Source: Selaginella moellendorffii
Lineage: Eukaryota; Plantae; Lycopodiophyta
Direction of reading: 5' to 3'
DNA: 64,000 nucleotides
Assembly (NCBI RefSeq): GCF_000143415.4
Contig: NW_003314325.1
Coordinates: forward strand, 714,086 to 778,085
Shown: piece after piece, positions 1 to 9,704 of the stretch
How the letters are laid out: the number at the start of each line of letters is the position of its first letter
Position numbering within the stretch: position 1 is the first letter of the stretch
Notes under the pieces: generated by a model
Seen by the model: the letters and a program-made list of their open reading frames with translations, nothing else
Told to the model about the DNA's origin: nothing
Database searches by the model: none
Made by a program: the position numbers and the translations under genes

Positions 1-299
1 TCCTTGAGAGATGGGATACTAATATAGGTGGTGTTAGACCACTAGTGTGACCAAGGTGAATGGGCATGGCCTTAACGTAATAGGTTAATATGTCGGTGGT
101 ACCTTAGGGTGTCAGTCATGGGATCGGACATGTGGAGCACTTGAACCAAGTGCAATGGTTAAGTGGCATGGATGCCATTCTTGGGGTTAGTAACTCCCTA
201 AGTCCAAAATAAGACTTACGGAAGTTGTGAGTGAGACTCCTCTAAGTGGTCAAAGGTGTAGTTAAGTGACCAAAGTAGAATGGAAAATTTAGTCGTTTA

Positions 300-565
300 C
301 TCCCCTTTGAGGAACACACACTTTAGGCTTTCACCCCAAGTCTCCCTTAGTATCAGGAGTTAGTCTCTGGGACAAGCTTGAAACTTACTAAATATGGAAT
401 GGCGCTAAATTGCAAATTTGGACACGGGACGAACACCATTGTGTTCAAGCTAATCTCTACATTCCATAAATATGCCAAATGAGCGAATCTAGACACTTTT
501 CATAAATAACATTTTGGACCGAAATGAGACTAACACAAAAGGCATGATAGCGAGGGCGTTTGGCA
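300..565. mobile_element. LTR fragment, same family as the 15970-23234 element
   Basis: gaggaacacac...cttagtatcaggagttagtctctgggacaagc...ggcatgatagcgaggg.gtttggca aligns with about 16563-16819. It stops abruptly where the tandem unit starts. Confidence 0.9.
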
Positions 566-567
566 AG

Positions 568-985
568 CTCATGGCTGCTTGGAGGAGGCTAAATGTTTGT
601 TTGAGAGGCACGTGGTGGCTTGGAACTCCATGCTTGGCACATATGCCTCGAATGGGCATTTGGACGAGGCACTAGATTCCTTCCTAAAGATGGCTCACAA
701 TGATCCATATGCTCACCTCTAGAAACCATCTTGAAAATGCAAAGTTTATTTATGATCGAATGCTTTACAAGAGCAAGATGGCGCGCACAGTGCTCCTCTC
801 GGCCTATCTCTGGAATTGGCCACCTCCAAGAAGCGATGAGCCTCTTCTGGGCACCAAACTCAAGTTTCCAAGAGGAGTCCCTTGTGAGCAAAAGCTGGCA
901 CCATTGCCATCCAGACGATTGCATTGCGCTCCTTGCTCATGAGAGAATGCCAGAGCAAGACTTAGTCTCACACACACAATGTTAA
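568..985 (+). pseudogene. PPR gene fragment
   Basis: HGCLEEAKCLFERHVVAWNSMLG.YASNGHLDEAL and NHLENAKFIYDRM are PPR-like motifs broken by frameshifts. Confidence 0.8.
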
Positions 986-1975
986 GAGTTAAATTCCAAG
1001 ACTGATGTAAAACACTTACCGAGGTGACAACACATGACTCGCCCCAGTATCGAGATAGGACTTCACGTTCCCCAAGTTCATACCACCATGGATCTGCAAG
1101 CCACTTGAAATGTAGCAGAAAACAGCGCTTCTCAACATCTGGAAATTGTATACGCTTCCAGTGCCACGAGCGCTGCCTTCAGGGTCAATGAACGTGTCCT
1201 CCGACTCGAAATTCACAACCAGTGAAGACTGTGACAAATCCAGCAGAGTAGACCCGGCCAGCAAGATCATCCATTTCTTGACCACTTTATTTTCTCGAGT
1301 CAAGCTTAACTTCAAAGAACAAAAAATGGCCTAGCCGTGTAAAGGAAGGCTAAGATCCACAGAAAAAACGTCATGGAAAACACACAGAGAGTTATACTAT
1401 TGAGCACTGTAGTTTGCTGATGGATTGCCATGGTCATCGCTGGTGTGGACACAGAAACTATCGAGATTTTGGAGAAAGAACTAAACAAAACTGCAGCAGC
1501 AAAAGCCGCAGCGATGACCAGGCATGAGAGGAGCGATGCAAGCACAAGCTTTCGAGTAGGAGCCACAATTTCTGGAGAGCCAAGAGAAAAGAGAATAGAT
1601 TGAGCAAACAAAGGGGGCAATCTCCCATATATAAAGATCCAAGAGCACGAACTCACACAAAAGCTCGCACAAACTTTTACTCCAGTGGCAGTAGTAGCAC
1701 CTTAACGTTGATAACCATGGTTTCACCACCATGGTTGGAATGATCTACAATGAAACACACGTTCTCAATGCTCAAGTCAGAATAGATATCAGCGAAAGAT
1801 GAACATCTTGAGGCGAGTTTAGATTGGAGCTAAAGGAAATTTGGAGCTGTTGGATTCTTTCTCAGCCGGCAAACTTCCGCCTTCAGTGACTCAAATCCGC
1901 TTTACATCCATGCTGGAGGTCAGAACCAAAGCTACTGAACTCTCTCTGCGTTCCAGAATATGCAATCGAACAAAT

Positions 1976-2095
1976 CTTCAGTTATGTCAAGGTTCGTTCC
2001 CAGTAAGTTCAGTTCACTAGTACTGCGCATACTCCTCTCAAACTGTGGATTGCCATTTAAGCGGGACAACGCTCCCACCTCCAAAACCAGCGAGC
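1976..2095 (-). pseudogene. Captured exon fragment of a GH47 alpha-mannosidase (MNS5/EDEM-like)
   Basis: GSLVLEVGALSRLNGNPQFERSMRSTSELNLLGTNLDIT resembles GH47 GSLILEMGALSRLTGDPRFE...MRSSLDLLGTTLDV and is preceded by the acceptor ttttttctctcag. Other copies: about 7115-7234 (-), 54791-54910 (+), 59795-59914 (+). Confidence 0.7.
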
Positions 2096-2225
2096 CTGAG
2101 AGAAAAAATCCATGAAATTTTCTACGGCCAGAATTATGGTATATTTAGTAAAGTGTATTTAATTTGATTTATAAAGATCCTTTACAATTAGGGCTTGTGT
2201 TCTTTCTTTCTTTTTTATCACAGCG

Positions 2226-2870
2226 ATGAAGAGGGCAAGAGAATATGGCGATTGGAGTTTTGCAACACTCAACATGGTGACCAAAGTAAAGAACAAAAAG
2301 GTAAAGGTGACATACAGTTCTCCACTACTACCGCCAGTTTTGGAGGAGAAACCCACTCTTGTGTTAGACATGGACAAGACACTAATCCATGCCCACAAGG
2401 CCACAGCGTCCCTCAAGCTCTTCAGTGGGAAGACTCTTCCATTGCAGCGCTACCTTGTCGCAAAGCGGTTGGGTGTGGATACATTTCTAAATGAGATGAG
2501 TCAGATATATGAGATTGTGGTTTTTACTCGAGCTGTGAAGCCTTATGCGGACAGGATATTGGATAGGCTCAACCCAGCTGGGAATCTCTTCACCCATCGC
2601 CTCTACAGAGATTCATGCTCGCCCAAGGAAGTGGGAGGGAGAAAGGTTGTGAAAGATTTTTCGAGATTAGGGCGGGACCTCAGACACACGGTGATCGTGG
2701 ACGACAAGCCAGAGTCCTTTTGCTTGCAGCCCAGCAATGGAATTGTCATCCGTGCATTCAAAAACAGGAAAGGGCATAAATATGATGAATTGAAGAAGAT
2801 AAGCAATCTGCTTAAGGAAATTGCAAGAGCTGAAGATGTAAGACAAGCGTTGGAGAAGCTTAAAAGTTAG
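2226..2870 (+). CDS. FCP1/SCP-like (NIF domain) HAD phosphatase, intronless, 214 aa
   Basis: LVLDMDKTLIH (DxDxT), YEIVVFT, YADRILDRL, HRLYRDSC, VKDFSRLGRDL, IVDD, QPSNGI. Confidence 0.88.
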   Translation: MKRAREYGDWSFATLNMVTKVKNKKVKVTYSSPLLPPVLEEKPTLVLDMDKTLIHAHKATASLKLFSGKTLPLQRYLVAKRLGVDTFLNEMSQIYEIVVFTRAVKPYADRILDRLNPAGNLFTHRLYRDSCSPKEVGGRKVVKDFSRLGRDLRHTVIVDDKPESFCLQPSNGIVIRAFKNRKGHKYDELKKISNLLKEIARAEDVRQALEKLKS

Positions 2871-3166
2871 ACAAAAGATCTTGTAAAGAGAAACTCATGT
2901 ATCCACTGTGTATGCTGTAACACTGCTCACTCTAAATTGATTGTGGCACTGTCTCCCTCACAAAAACAAATGTCCAATTTAGCTTTGGAAACAATGTTAT
3001 GGCAAATCATAATCAGAAAGACATCTCGAGTTTCAGTCTGATTCATTACTTGAGAGTCAATCGATAATTGTGATGCTTAAGCAGCGTCATCCTGTCTGTC
3101 CTGAAACGCAACGTAGAGCCTCCCAAAATCCCATGGCTCGATCACCTGGCCTATTAGTGTGGCTTG

Positions 3167-3409
3167 ACAAGAGTGGTATATAGTTTAGATACGATCTCAT
3201 TATGCTCACTATTTTGTTGTCCATCCCCACCTACAAATCAAACATGGACGAGAGTGGTATATAGCTTGGATACGATCTCATTATGCTCACTGTTTTGTTG
3301 TCCATCCCCACCTACAAATCAAACATGGACGAGAGTGGTATATAGCTTGGATACGATCTCATTATGCTCACTGTTTTGTTGTCCATCCCCACCTACAAAT
3401 CAAACATGG
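3167..3409 (+). repeat. 81-bp minisatellite, 3 copies
   Basis: Unit ac(a/g)agagtggtatatag...cctacaaatcaaacatgg starts at 3167, 3248 and 3329. Right-array units carry only 2 copies (about 53563-53725, 58567-58729, 63595-63755). Confidence 0.95.
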
Positions 3410-3459
3410 AGTGAGGAAAACAAAACGAAAACAAAGTTTGTAAACGACAGAAGTTTATA

Positions 3460-4035
3460 CCTGTAAGATATCTCCAGTGAATAAAACACCTCTCCCTTGA
3501 GCTCCATGAGACCAGTGGAGGATTTGTGCAACAGCAAAATGGCTAAAAGCGTGAGTCCCTCCCATAGTAGAACTTAACCTTTTCGTGCTGGTAAACCACT
3601 CTACAAAAGTATGGATACAGAAAGATCGAAATGAAAGAGAGAAACAAAGGTAGACAATACCATTCGTGGGTATAAACCAGGACGCCTCCAAAAGCCTCGC
3701 TCCATCGAGAGTTTGTGCTGTAGTAATGCGGGTGAGAGATGGCAATCGCTCTCAATCCACCTAGTGACTTGGTTATCTCCACTGTGGCATCGTCTAGAAA
3801 TGAGATGCAGTCCCACAGTATGTTTCCCTCTATCAAAAACATAAAAACCATAAAAAATGCACAACGGCCATAGCTCCAAACATACATACCTTGAGTCTGG
3901 ATGAGAAACGCACGCTGTCCAATGCCAAACTTTGGAAAGGTTATGATCTCGAAGACCTGCGGCTCATGCTTCTTGATACCATTGCGAAACTGCAATCTCA
4001 TCTTGCTCATGGACGTCCATACCTGACCTTCCCTA
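3460..4035 (-). pseudogene. Intron-containing fragment of a metallo-beta-lactamase-fold hydrolase
   Basis: GQVWTSM...FGIGQRAFLIQTQ | EGNILWDCISFLDDATV..IKSLGGLRAIAISHPHYYS...WSEAFGG, then GRGVLFTGDILQV, with GT-AG introns. Lacks start and C-terminus. Confidence 0.8.
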
Positions 4036-4303
4036 AAACTAAAAGTCAAGAAAACTCGAGACCTCCAGGATTTCTGACAAAACATCCCACCCAGACGTGT
4101 GCCTCCATAACTTTGAAATCCAAGAGTGTTAACGAGGATTCTCGTGGTGTCTTTGTAGAAAGCAATAACGCCGTGCATTGCTTAGAAACCTTAAGAGATA
4201 ACCAAGATCTCAGTAGAAGGACAAACTTGTTAAAACTCGAGGAGAAAGATTGACAGACCTTGAGATCCTCTGGAGATATCAGCTGCTGGATGTGGTGGAG
4301 GCG

Positions 4304-4357
4304 GAGCAGAACCTCAGGTCAGACCCTGCTTATCTTGCTTACTATCACTCGCATGTC
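4304..4357 (+). pseudogene. Pumilio (APUM1-6 type N-terminal region) micro-fragment
   Basis: [18 protein letters not shown] resembles the conserved plant Pumilio motif [16 protein letters not shown]. Confidence 0.6.
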
Positions 4358-4825
4358 CAAGCCTCCTGTTTGAGCGCTCCATTGAAGCAAGCGCATATAA
4401 CACGGTTAAACACGTTTCTTACTGGAAAGCCATCGGTATAGAGCAGCTGACGACTATCAGCTAGAACGCAGCGTATTTGGAGGGTTCCAGTCTCTATGGC
4501 CACCTATTTTTCACTCGTTTAGTTCTCTCCAAAATATAAATGAGTTTTCTTGTACCTGTAGATGGACTTAGGACAGACGTCCGAGATGTAGATCGTATAG
4601 TAGATGTGCATTTCATGTAGACGATGTTTCCATAAGTATGGATAGTGCTGTCCTTTTGGAAAGTGCTGGCTTGTCCGATCATCACAACCGTGTCAACATA
4701 ATCGGAAAACTCACAACTGGAAGAGAAGAAACAAGAAGAGAGCAAACGGAATAAGAGCTTACCGGATAGGATGGATCTTGCACTGCCGCTGAGACGCTCA
4801 ACCCAAACGTAAGTTGCGCAACACA

Positions 4826-4920
4826 CTAGGAGATGATATCCTTTTGATCCATCGCCCGGAAAACCAGCCTGCTCTCTTCCACTTGTGTCCAGGAAGTTAA
4901 TTGTGTCGTTGACGAGCGCG
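4826..4920 (-). pseudogene. PPR fragment on the opposite strand
   Basis: QVEESRLVFRAMDQKDIIS is PPR-like. Confidence 0.5.
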
Positions 4921-5089
4921 CCCGGCATTTGGAGTGCAGCTGAGCGATGGGGGATGAGTTCTCGCCGCGTGCCATGAAAAACATCGTGGCTGGACCATGG
5001 AAGCTAGAACCTGCCAGGACTTGAACCTCGGACGTCCCCATCATCCAACGGCCATGATGCGATGCGCATAAGAGCTTGCCGCATCTTGC

Positions 5090-6124
5090 GACAATGGCCG
5101 CCGGATCCATCGCCCACATCCTTCACAGCGACCACAACAACAGCGTCTTCCTGCGAAATGTCCTCGTCCAGATGTATGGCCGCTGCGGCTGCCTGGAGGA
5201 AGCGCGATCGGTCTTCGATTCTACCTCGGATCCCAATCTCTTCTCTTGGAATCTCACCCTCCAGGCCTACATTCGCAACCACGACCTGAAGCAGGCGCGA
5301 TCGGTCCTGGAAAGCATACCGCGGCAGGAGATTGTGTCCAGCAACGCCCATACGCCGCGGCCGGGGACGTGCAGCGCGCCAAGCAGCTCTTCGATCGCAT
5401 CCCTGCAAAGAATTCCATCACCTGGAACGCGATGATCGAGATGTACTCGCCCGAGGCGGAGGCGGTATTCCACTCCATGCCGGAGCAAACACTCGTTTCT
5501 AGCACGGCCATGATCGTGCCATATGCCCATAACGGGCATCTCTCACGCGCCGTGGACGGCCATGATCCAAGGCCACTGCCAGAACCGGCGGCTGGATGAA
5601 GCCAAAGATCTCTTTGAACGCCGGGCATATGGAGAAAGCAAAGGCCCCGGATCTTAATGAGGTGGCGTTTACGGCTATGATCGACGGCTATGCACCTCAT
5701 GGCTGCTTGGAGGAGGCTAAATGTTTGTTTGAGAGGCACGTGGTGGCTTGGAACTCCATGCTTGGCGCATATGCCTCGAATGGGCATTTGGACGAGGCAC
5801 TAGATTCCTTCCTAAAGATGGCTCATCTCTTGGGCAACAATGATCCATATGCTCACCTCTAGAAACCATCTTGAAAATGCAATGTTTATTTACGATCGAA
5901 TGCCTTACAAGAGCAAGATGGCGCGCACAGTGCTCCTCTCGGCCTATCTCTGGAATTGGCCACCTCCAAGAAGCGATGAGCCTCTTCCGGGCACCAAACT
6001 AAGTTTCCAAGAGTTGTCCCTTGTGAGCAAAAGCTGGCACCATTGCCATCCAGACGATTGCATCGCGCTCCTTGCTCACGAGAGAATGCCAGAGCAAGAC
6101 TTAGTCTCACACACACAATGTTAA
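5090..6124 (+). pseudogene. PLS-class PPR pseudogene fragment
   Basis: VFLRNVLVQMYGRCGCLEEARSVFD..PNLFSWN, GDVQRAKQLFDRIPAKNSITWNAMI and VAFTAMIDGYA occur across several frames. Confidence 0.85.
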
Positions 6125-7900
6125 GAGTTAAATTCCAAGACTGATGTAAAACACTTACCGAGGTGACAACACATGACTCGCCCCAGTATCGAGATAGGAC
6201 TTCACGTTCCCCAAGTTCATACCACCACGGATCTGCAAGCCACTTGAAATGTAGCAGAAAACAGTGCTTCTCAAAATCTAGAAATTGTATACGCTTCCAC
6301 TGCCGCAAGCGCTGCCTTCAGGGTCAATGAACGTGTCCTCCGACTCGAAATTCACAACCAGCGAAGACTGTGACAAATCCAGCAGAGTAGACCCGGCCAG
6401 CAAGATCATCCATTTCTTGACCACTTTATTTTCTCGAGTCAAGCTTAACTTCCAAAAACAAAACATGGCCTAGCCGTGTAAAGGAAGGCTAAGATCCACA
6501 GAAAAAACGCCATGGAAAACACACAGAGAGTTATACTATTGAGCACTGTAGTTTGCTGATGGATCGCCATGGTCGTCGCTGGTGTGGACACAGAAACTAT
6601 CGAGATTTTGGAGAAAGAACTAAACAAAACTGCAGCAGCAAAAGCCGCAGCGATGACCAGGCACGAGAGGAGCGATGCAAGCACAAGCTTTCGAGTAGGA
6701 GCCATAATTTCTGGAGAGCCAAGAGAAAAGAGAATAGATTGAGCAAACAAAGGGGGCAATGTCCCATAGATAAAGATCCAAGAGCCCGAACTCACACAAA
6801 AGCTCGCACAAACTTTTACTCCAGTGGCAGTAGTAGCACCTTAACGTTGATAACCATGGTTTCACCACCATGGTTGGAATGATCTACAATGAAACACACG
6901 TTCTCAATGCTCAAGTCAGAATAGATATCAGTGAAAGACGAACATCTTGAGGCGAGTTTAGATTGGAGCTAAAGGAAATTTGGAGCTGTTGGATTCTTTC
7001 TCAGCCGGCAAACTTCCGCCGTCAGTGACTGAAATCCGCTTTACATCCATGCTGGAGGTCAGAACCAAAGCTACTGAACTCTCTCTGCGTTCCAGAATAT
7101 GCAATCGAACAAATCTTCAGTTATGTCAAGGTTCGTTCCCAGTAAGTTCAGTTCACTAGTACTGCGCATACTCCTCTCAAATTGTGGATTGCCATTTAAG
7201 CGGGACAACACTCCCACCTCCAAAACCAGCGAGCCTGAGAGAAAAAATCCATGAAATTCTTTACGGCCAGAATTATGGTACTCTAAAGAGTATAGTCTCT
7301 CCAATTTAGAGATTCATTCGACCACTTGTGGTGGTTCTTTCCTTTTATTGATTCAGTTTTTGTTAAACCTATTAAAGACACCTTCTTTAACTCAATCCCA
7401 CTATTCATTATGGAGTAATCTCAGTTTTCATTGATATAAACTTTGCACTTTGGAATTTTTAATCTTGATTTCTTAAAGTCAATTTCCTGGGTATCTTTGA
7501 CACCTTGCATTGCACATATTATGCAATTCCACTTTCCCTTCTTAGGAAGTTCTATATTTGAGGGCACCATCATCTTCTCTTTTATTTCGTGTCAACTTTG
7601 ACATTAAGTTTCAGTTATCATAATATGTGCTAAGGTTATTCACGGCTTTATCATTTGGCTACCTTACCGCTCCTTCCTTTGAAATTTTCATTTTTGCTAA
7701 ATCAAAGTAATTGGAAATCCATCCTAGAAACCAAAGGCTTTAAAAAAAAATCTCTCATACTTGCTAAGGATTTAGTGATATGTTTGACAAGTCACTCTAA
7801 AGCGTCCACATAATACATGCTACAGCAAGGTAGGCTACTATTCTGTAAGTTGTTTGGAATTGCTTGAATTGTTTTCATCATGTTGGATTTTCATTTACAG

Positions 7901-8464
7901 CTGCAAATCCAACTCTGAATCTTGACTGGCCAACTTGATTTAGCATTGCAATTGGTGTTGCTGAAACATCCTCCTGGATATAAAGCTCAATGCAAAGATC
8001 TTGGACTTTGGAATTTCGAAACTCTTCAACTTAGAAAAAGGCTTCAATCACAAGAACATTGTAAGTTGCTACATTTTCCCTATAACTTATGTCCCATGCA
8101 GCGGATTTGCACCACAATATGCATTGCAAGGTCGACTAACATTCAAGGTTGATGTCTATAGCTATGGAGTACTTCTTTTGGAGATCATCTCTTATAACAA
8201 TCTCACGCTTCCAACTGATGAACAGCTGCTACTGCAGTGGGTATGTTCTTCACTCACATGTTTTTGTTAAAGCTGTACTGTGGCTGCATTCAAACTTGGA
8301 GCATGAAACAAAGGGGGAAACTGCTTGAATTCGTGGACAGGAAACTAAAGAGGGATTCTTCCGAGAGCTTAGAAGCAGAGTTCTCGAGGGTGATACAAGT
8401 GGCCCTCGTGTGCACGAATGCTGATGAAAAACTGAGGCCAGGTTTGAGCGACGTGGTAGGTTAG
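7901..8464 (+). pseudogene. Receptor-like kinase pseudogene (kinase C-lobe)
   Basis: LDWPT*FSIAIGVA, DFGISKLF, APQYALQGRLTFKVDVYSYGVLLLEIIS, LLEFVD and RVIQVALVCT..RP, with stops, frameshifts and no N-lobe. Confidence 0.85.
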
Positions 8465-9704
8465 AACAGAGCCTGAGAACCGAGCCTGAGAACAACAGTT
8501 CTCTGTTCTCGGGCCCGAGGACAGAGCCCGAGAATAACTGCTTGGTCTGAACAACTGCTTCAGGGGAATTTAAGGGAAAAAAACCTTGAATTTTCCTGTA
8601 CTGTACTATTTTCATTTTCCCCTTTCAATTTGGGGGAAATGTCTCCACAATTAATTCCCAAGCTATTCCCGAAATTCCTCTGTTTTCCTTTGTTTGCGGG
8701 AATTTGACCGCTCCAGTGGCTCATGGGTCGAGACAAGCAGCACCATCACCATAGCATGAGCTCAGCCAACGAAATAGCCCACTGATATCATCGATCGATC
8801 GATCGACCCAGCCTGCATGTTTGATAAGCTGATGGATCGATTGATCGACTTGTTTCCAAATTTTTACTTTTCGTTGGAATCGGTGAGGAGGGAGAAGAAG
8901 AAGACTCGGGCTCCGATTCGTCCGTTTCAAATGTTTTTTGTGCTTGACGACCCTAATGCAGCCCAGAGAAATGGAATTTTGGCTCAGAAGCTCTTGCAGT
9001 AGGCGTACCGATCCTGACTGCCCACCAAGAGCCGCATTGGATCGAAAGGGAAAAAAGAATCCAATCAGAAAGCAGAGCATTGTGTTGGTGATATGTCCGC
9101 TTGTGCTGAAAAGCTCGGCCACTTCCGTTCCTCTTTTGTTTCTTTTTTGGTTCAAGCACCGAAACATGAAGTCAGTCGCTCGCTTGCTCGCTCGCTCGAT
9201 TGATTGAAAGCTGGTGTGATGAAAGGGCAGCTGCTGTTCTTGTTGATCTGTGAACGTCACATCCGAGTTTGGTTTTGCGAAAGAGCGGAATCCAACAGGA
9301 ATATCAATGGCCCCGGAGAATGACGGATTAGGAAATTGCTCTAAATCTTTGACTCTGGGGATTCGAACCCGGGCTGGCGCTGAAATGCACGACGATGTTG
9401 GAGTTTGATATAGGGGAATCGGACGGGCTTAGGGTTCTTGGAGCTGCTTTCCGCGGTCAAGGTGGTATTCTTTTTACAAGGTGCGATGCAGTCAAGCCGG
9501 CATTCTGGATATTGCCGGTTCCACGCGCAAATGAACGCGGGGTTAGTACAACTCTTGAGCACTAAGCGATTCCCCCAGGTCAATAACCTGATCATGATCA
9601 AGGTTCTTGCTTTACAAGGTGCGATGACAACTGTAAAGCCGGAATTATCGCACTGTTGAAATGAAGGAGCGGCAGGATTTCAGGCACAGCAAGCGCCTCG
9701 GATC

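Larger units (their letters stand above)
568..7280 (+). repeat. Left tandem array of the ~5.1 kb chimeric unit (one full copy plus a partial copy)
   Basis: 568-2140 recurs at 5696-7280 (offset about 5130-5140; ORFs 700/5840, 1146/6285, 1481/6620). Homology ends after ggccagaattatggta at 7280. Confidence 0.97.

Noticed and set aside
1016-1740. Repeated 62-114 aa ORFs in each array unit as real genes
   Set aside because: They recur only because the unit is duplicated, use non-ATG starts in several cases and show no recognisable domain.
3167-3409. 81-bp repeats as a CRISPR-like array or a repeat-protein ORF
   Set aside because: There are no unique spacers and the context is eukaryotic. The ORF arises because the unit length is divisible by 3.
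9470-9660. Repeated ttacaaggtgcgatg and a small hairpin as a snoRNA or SECIS
   Set aside because: There is no complete C/D or H/ACA box set and no proper SECIS geometry. It is probably leader or intron sequence of the kinase gene.
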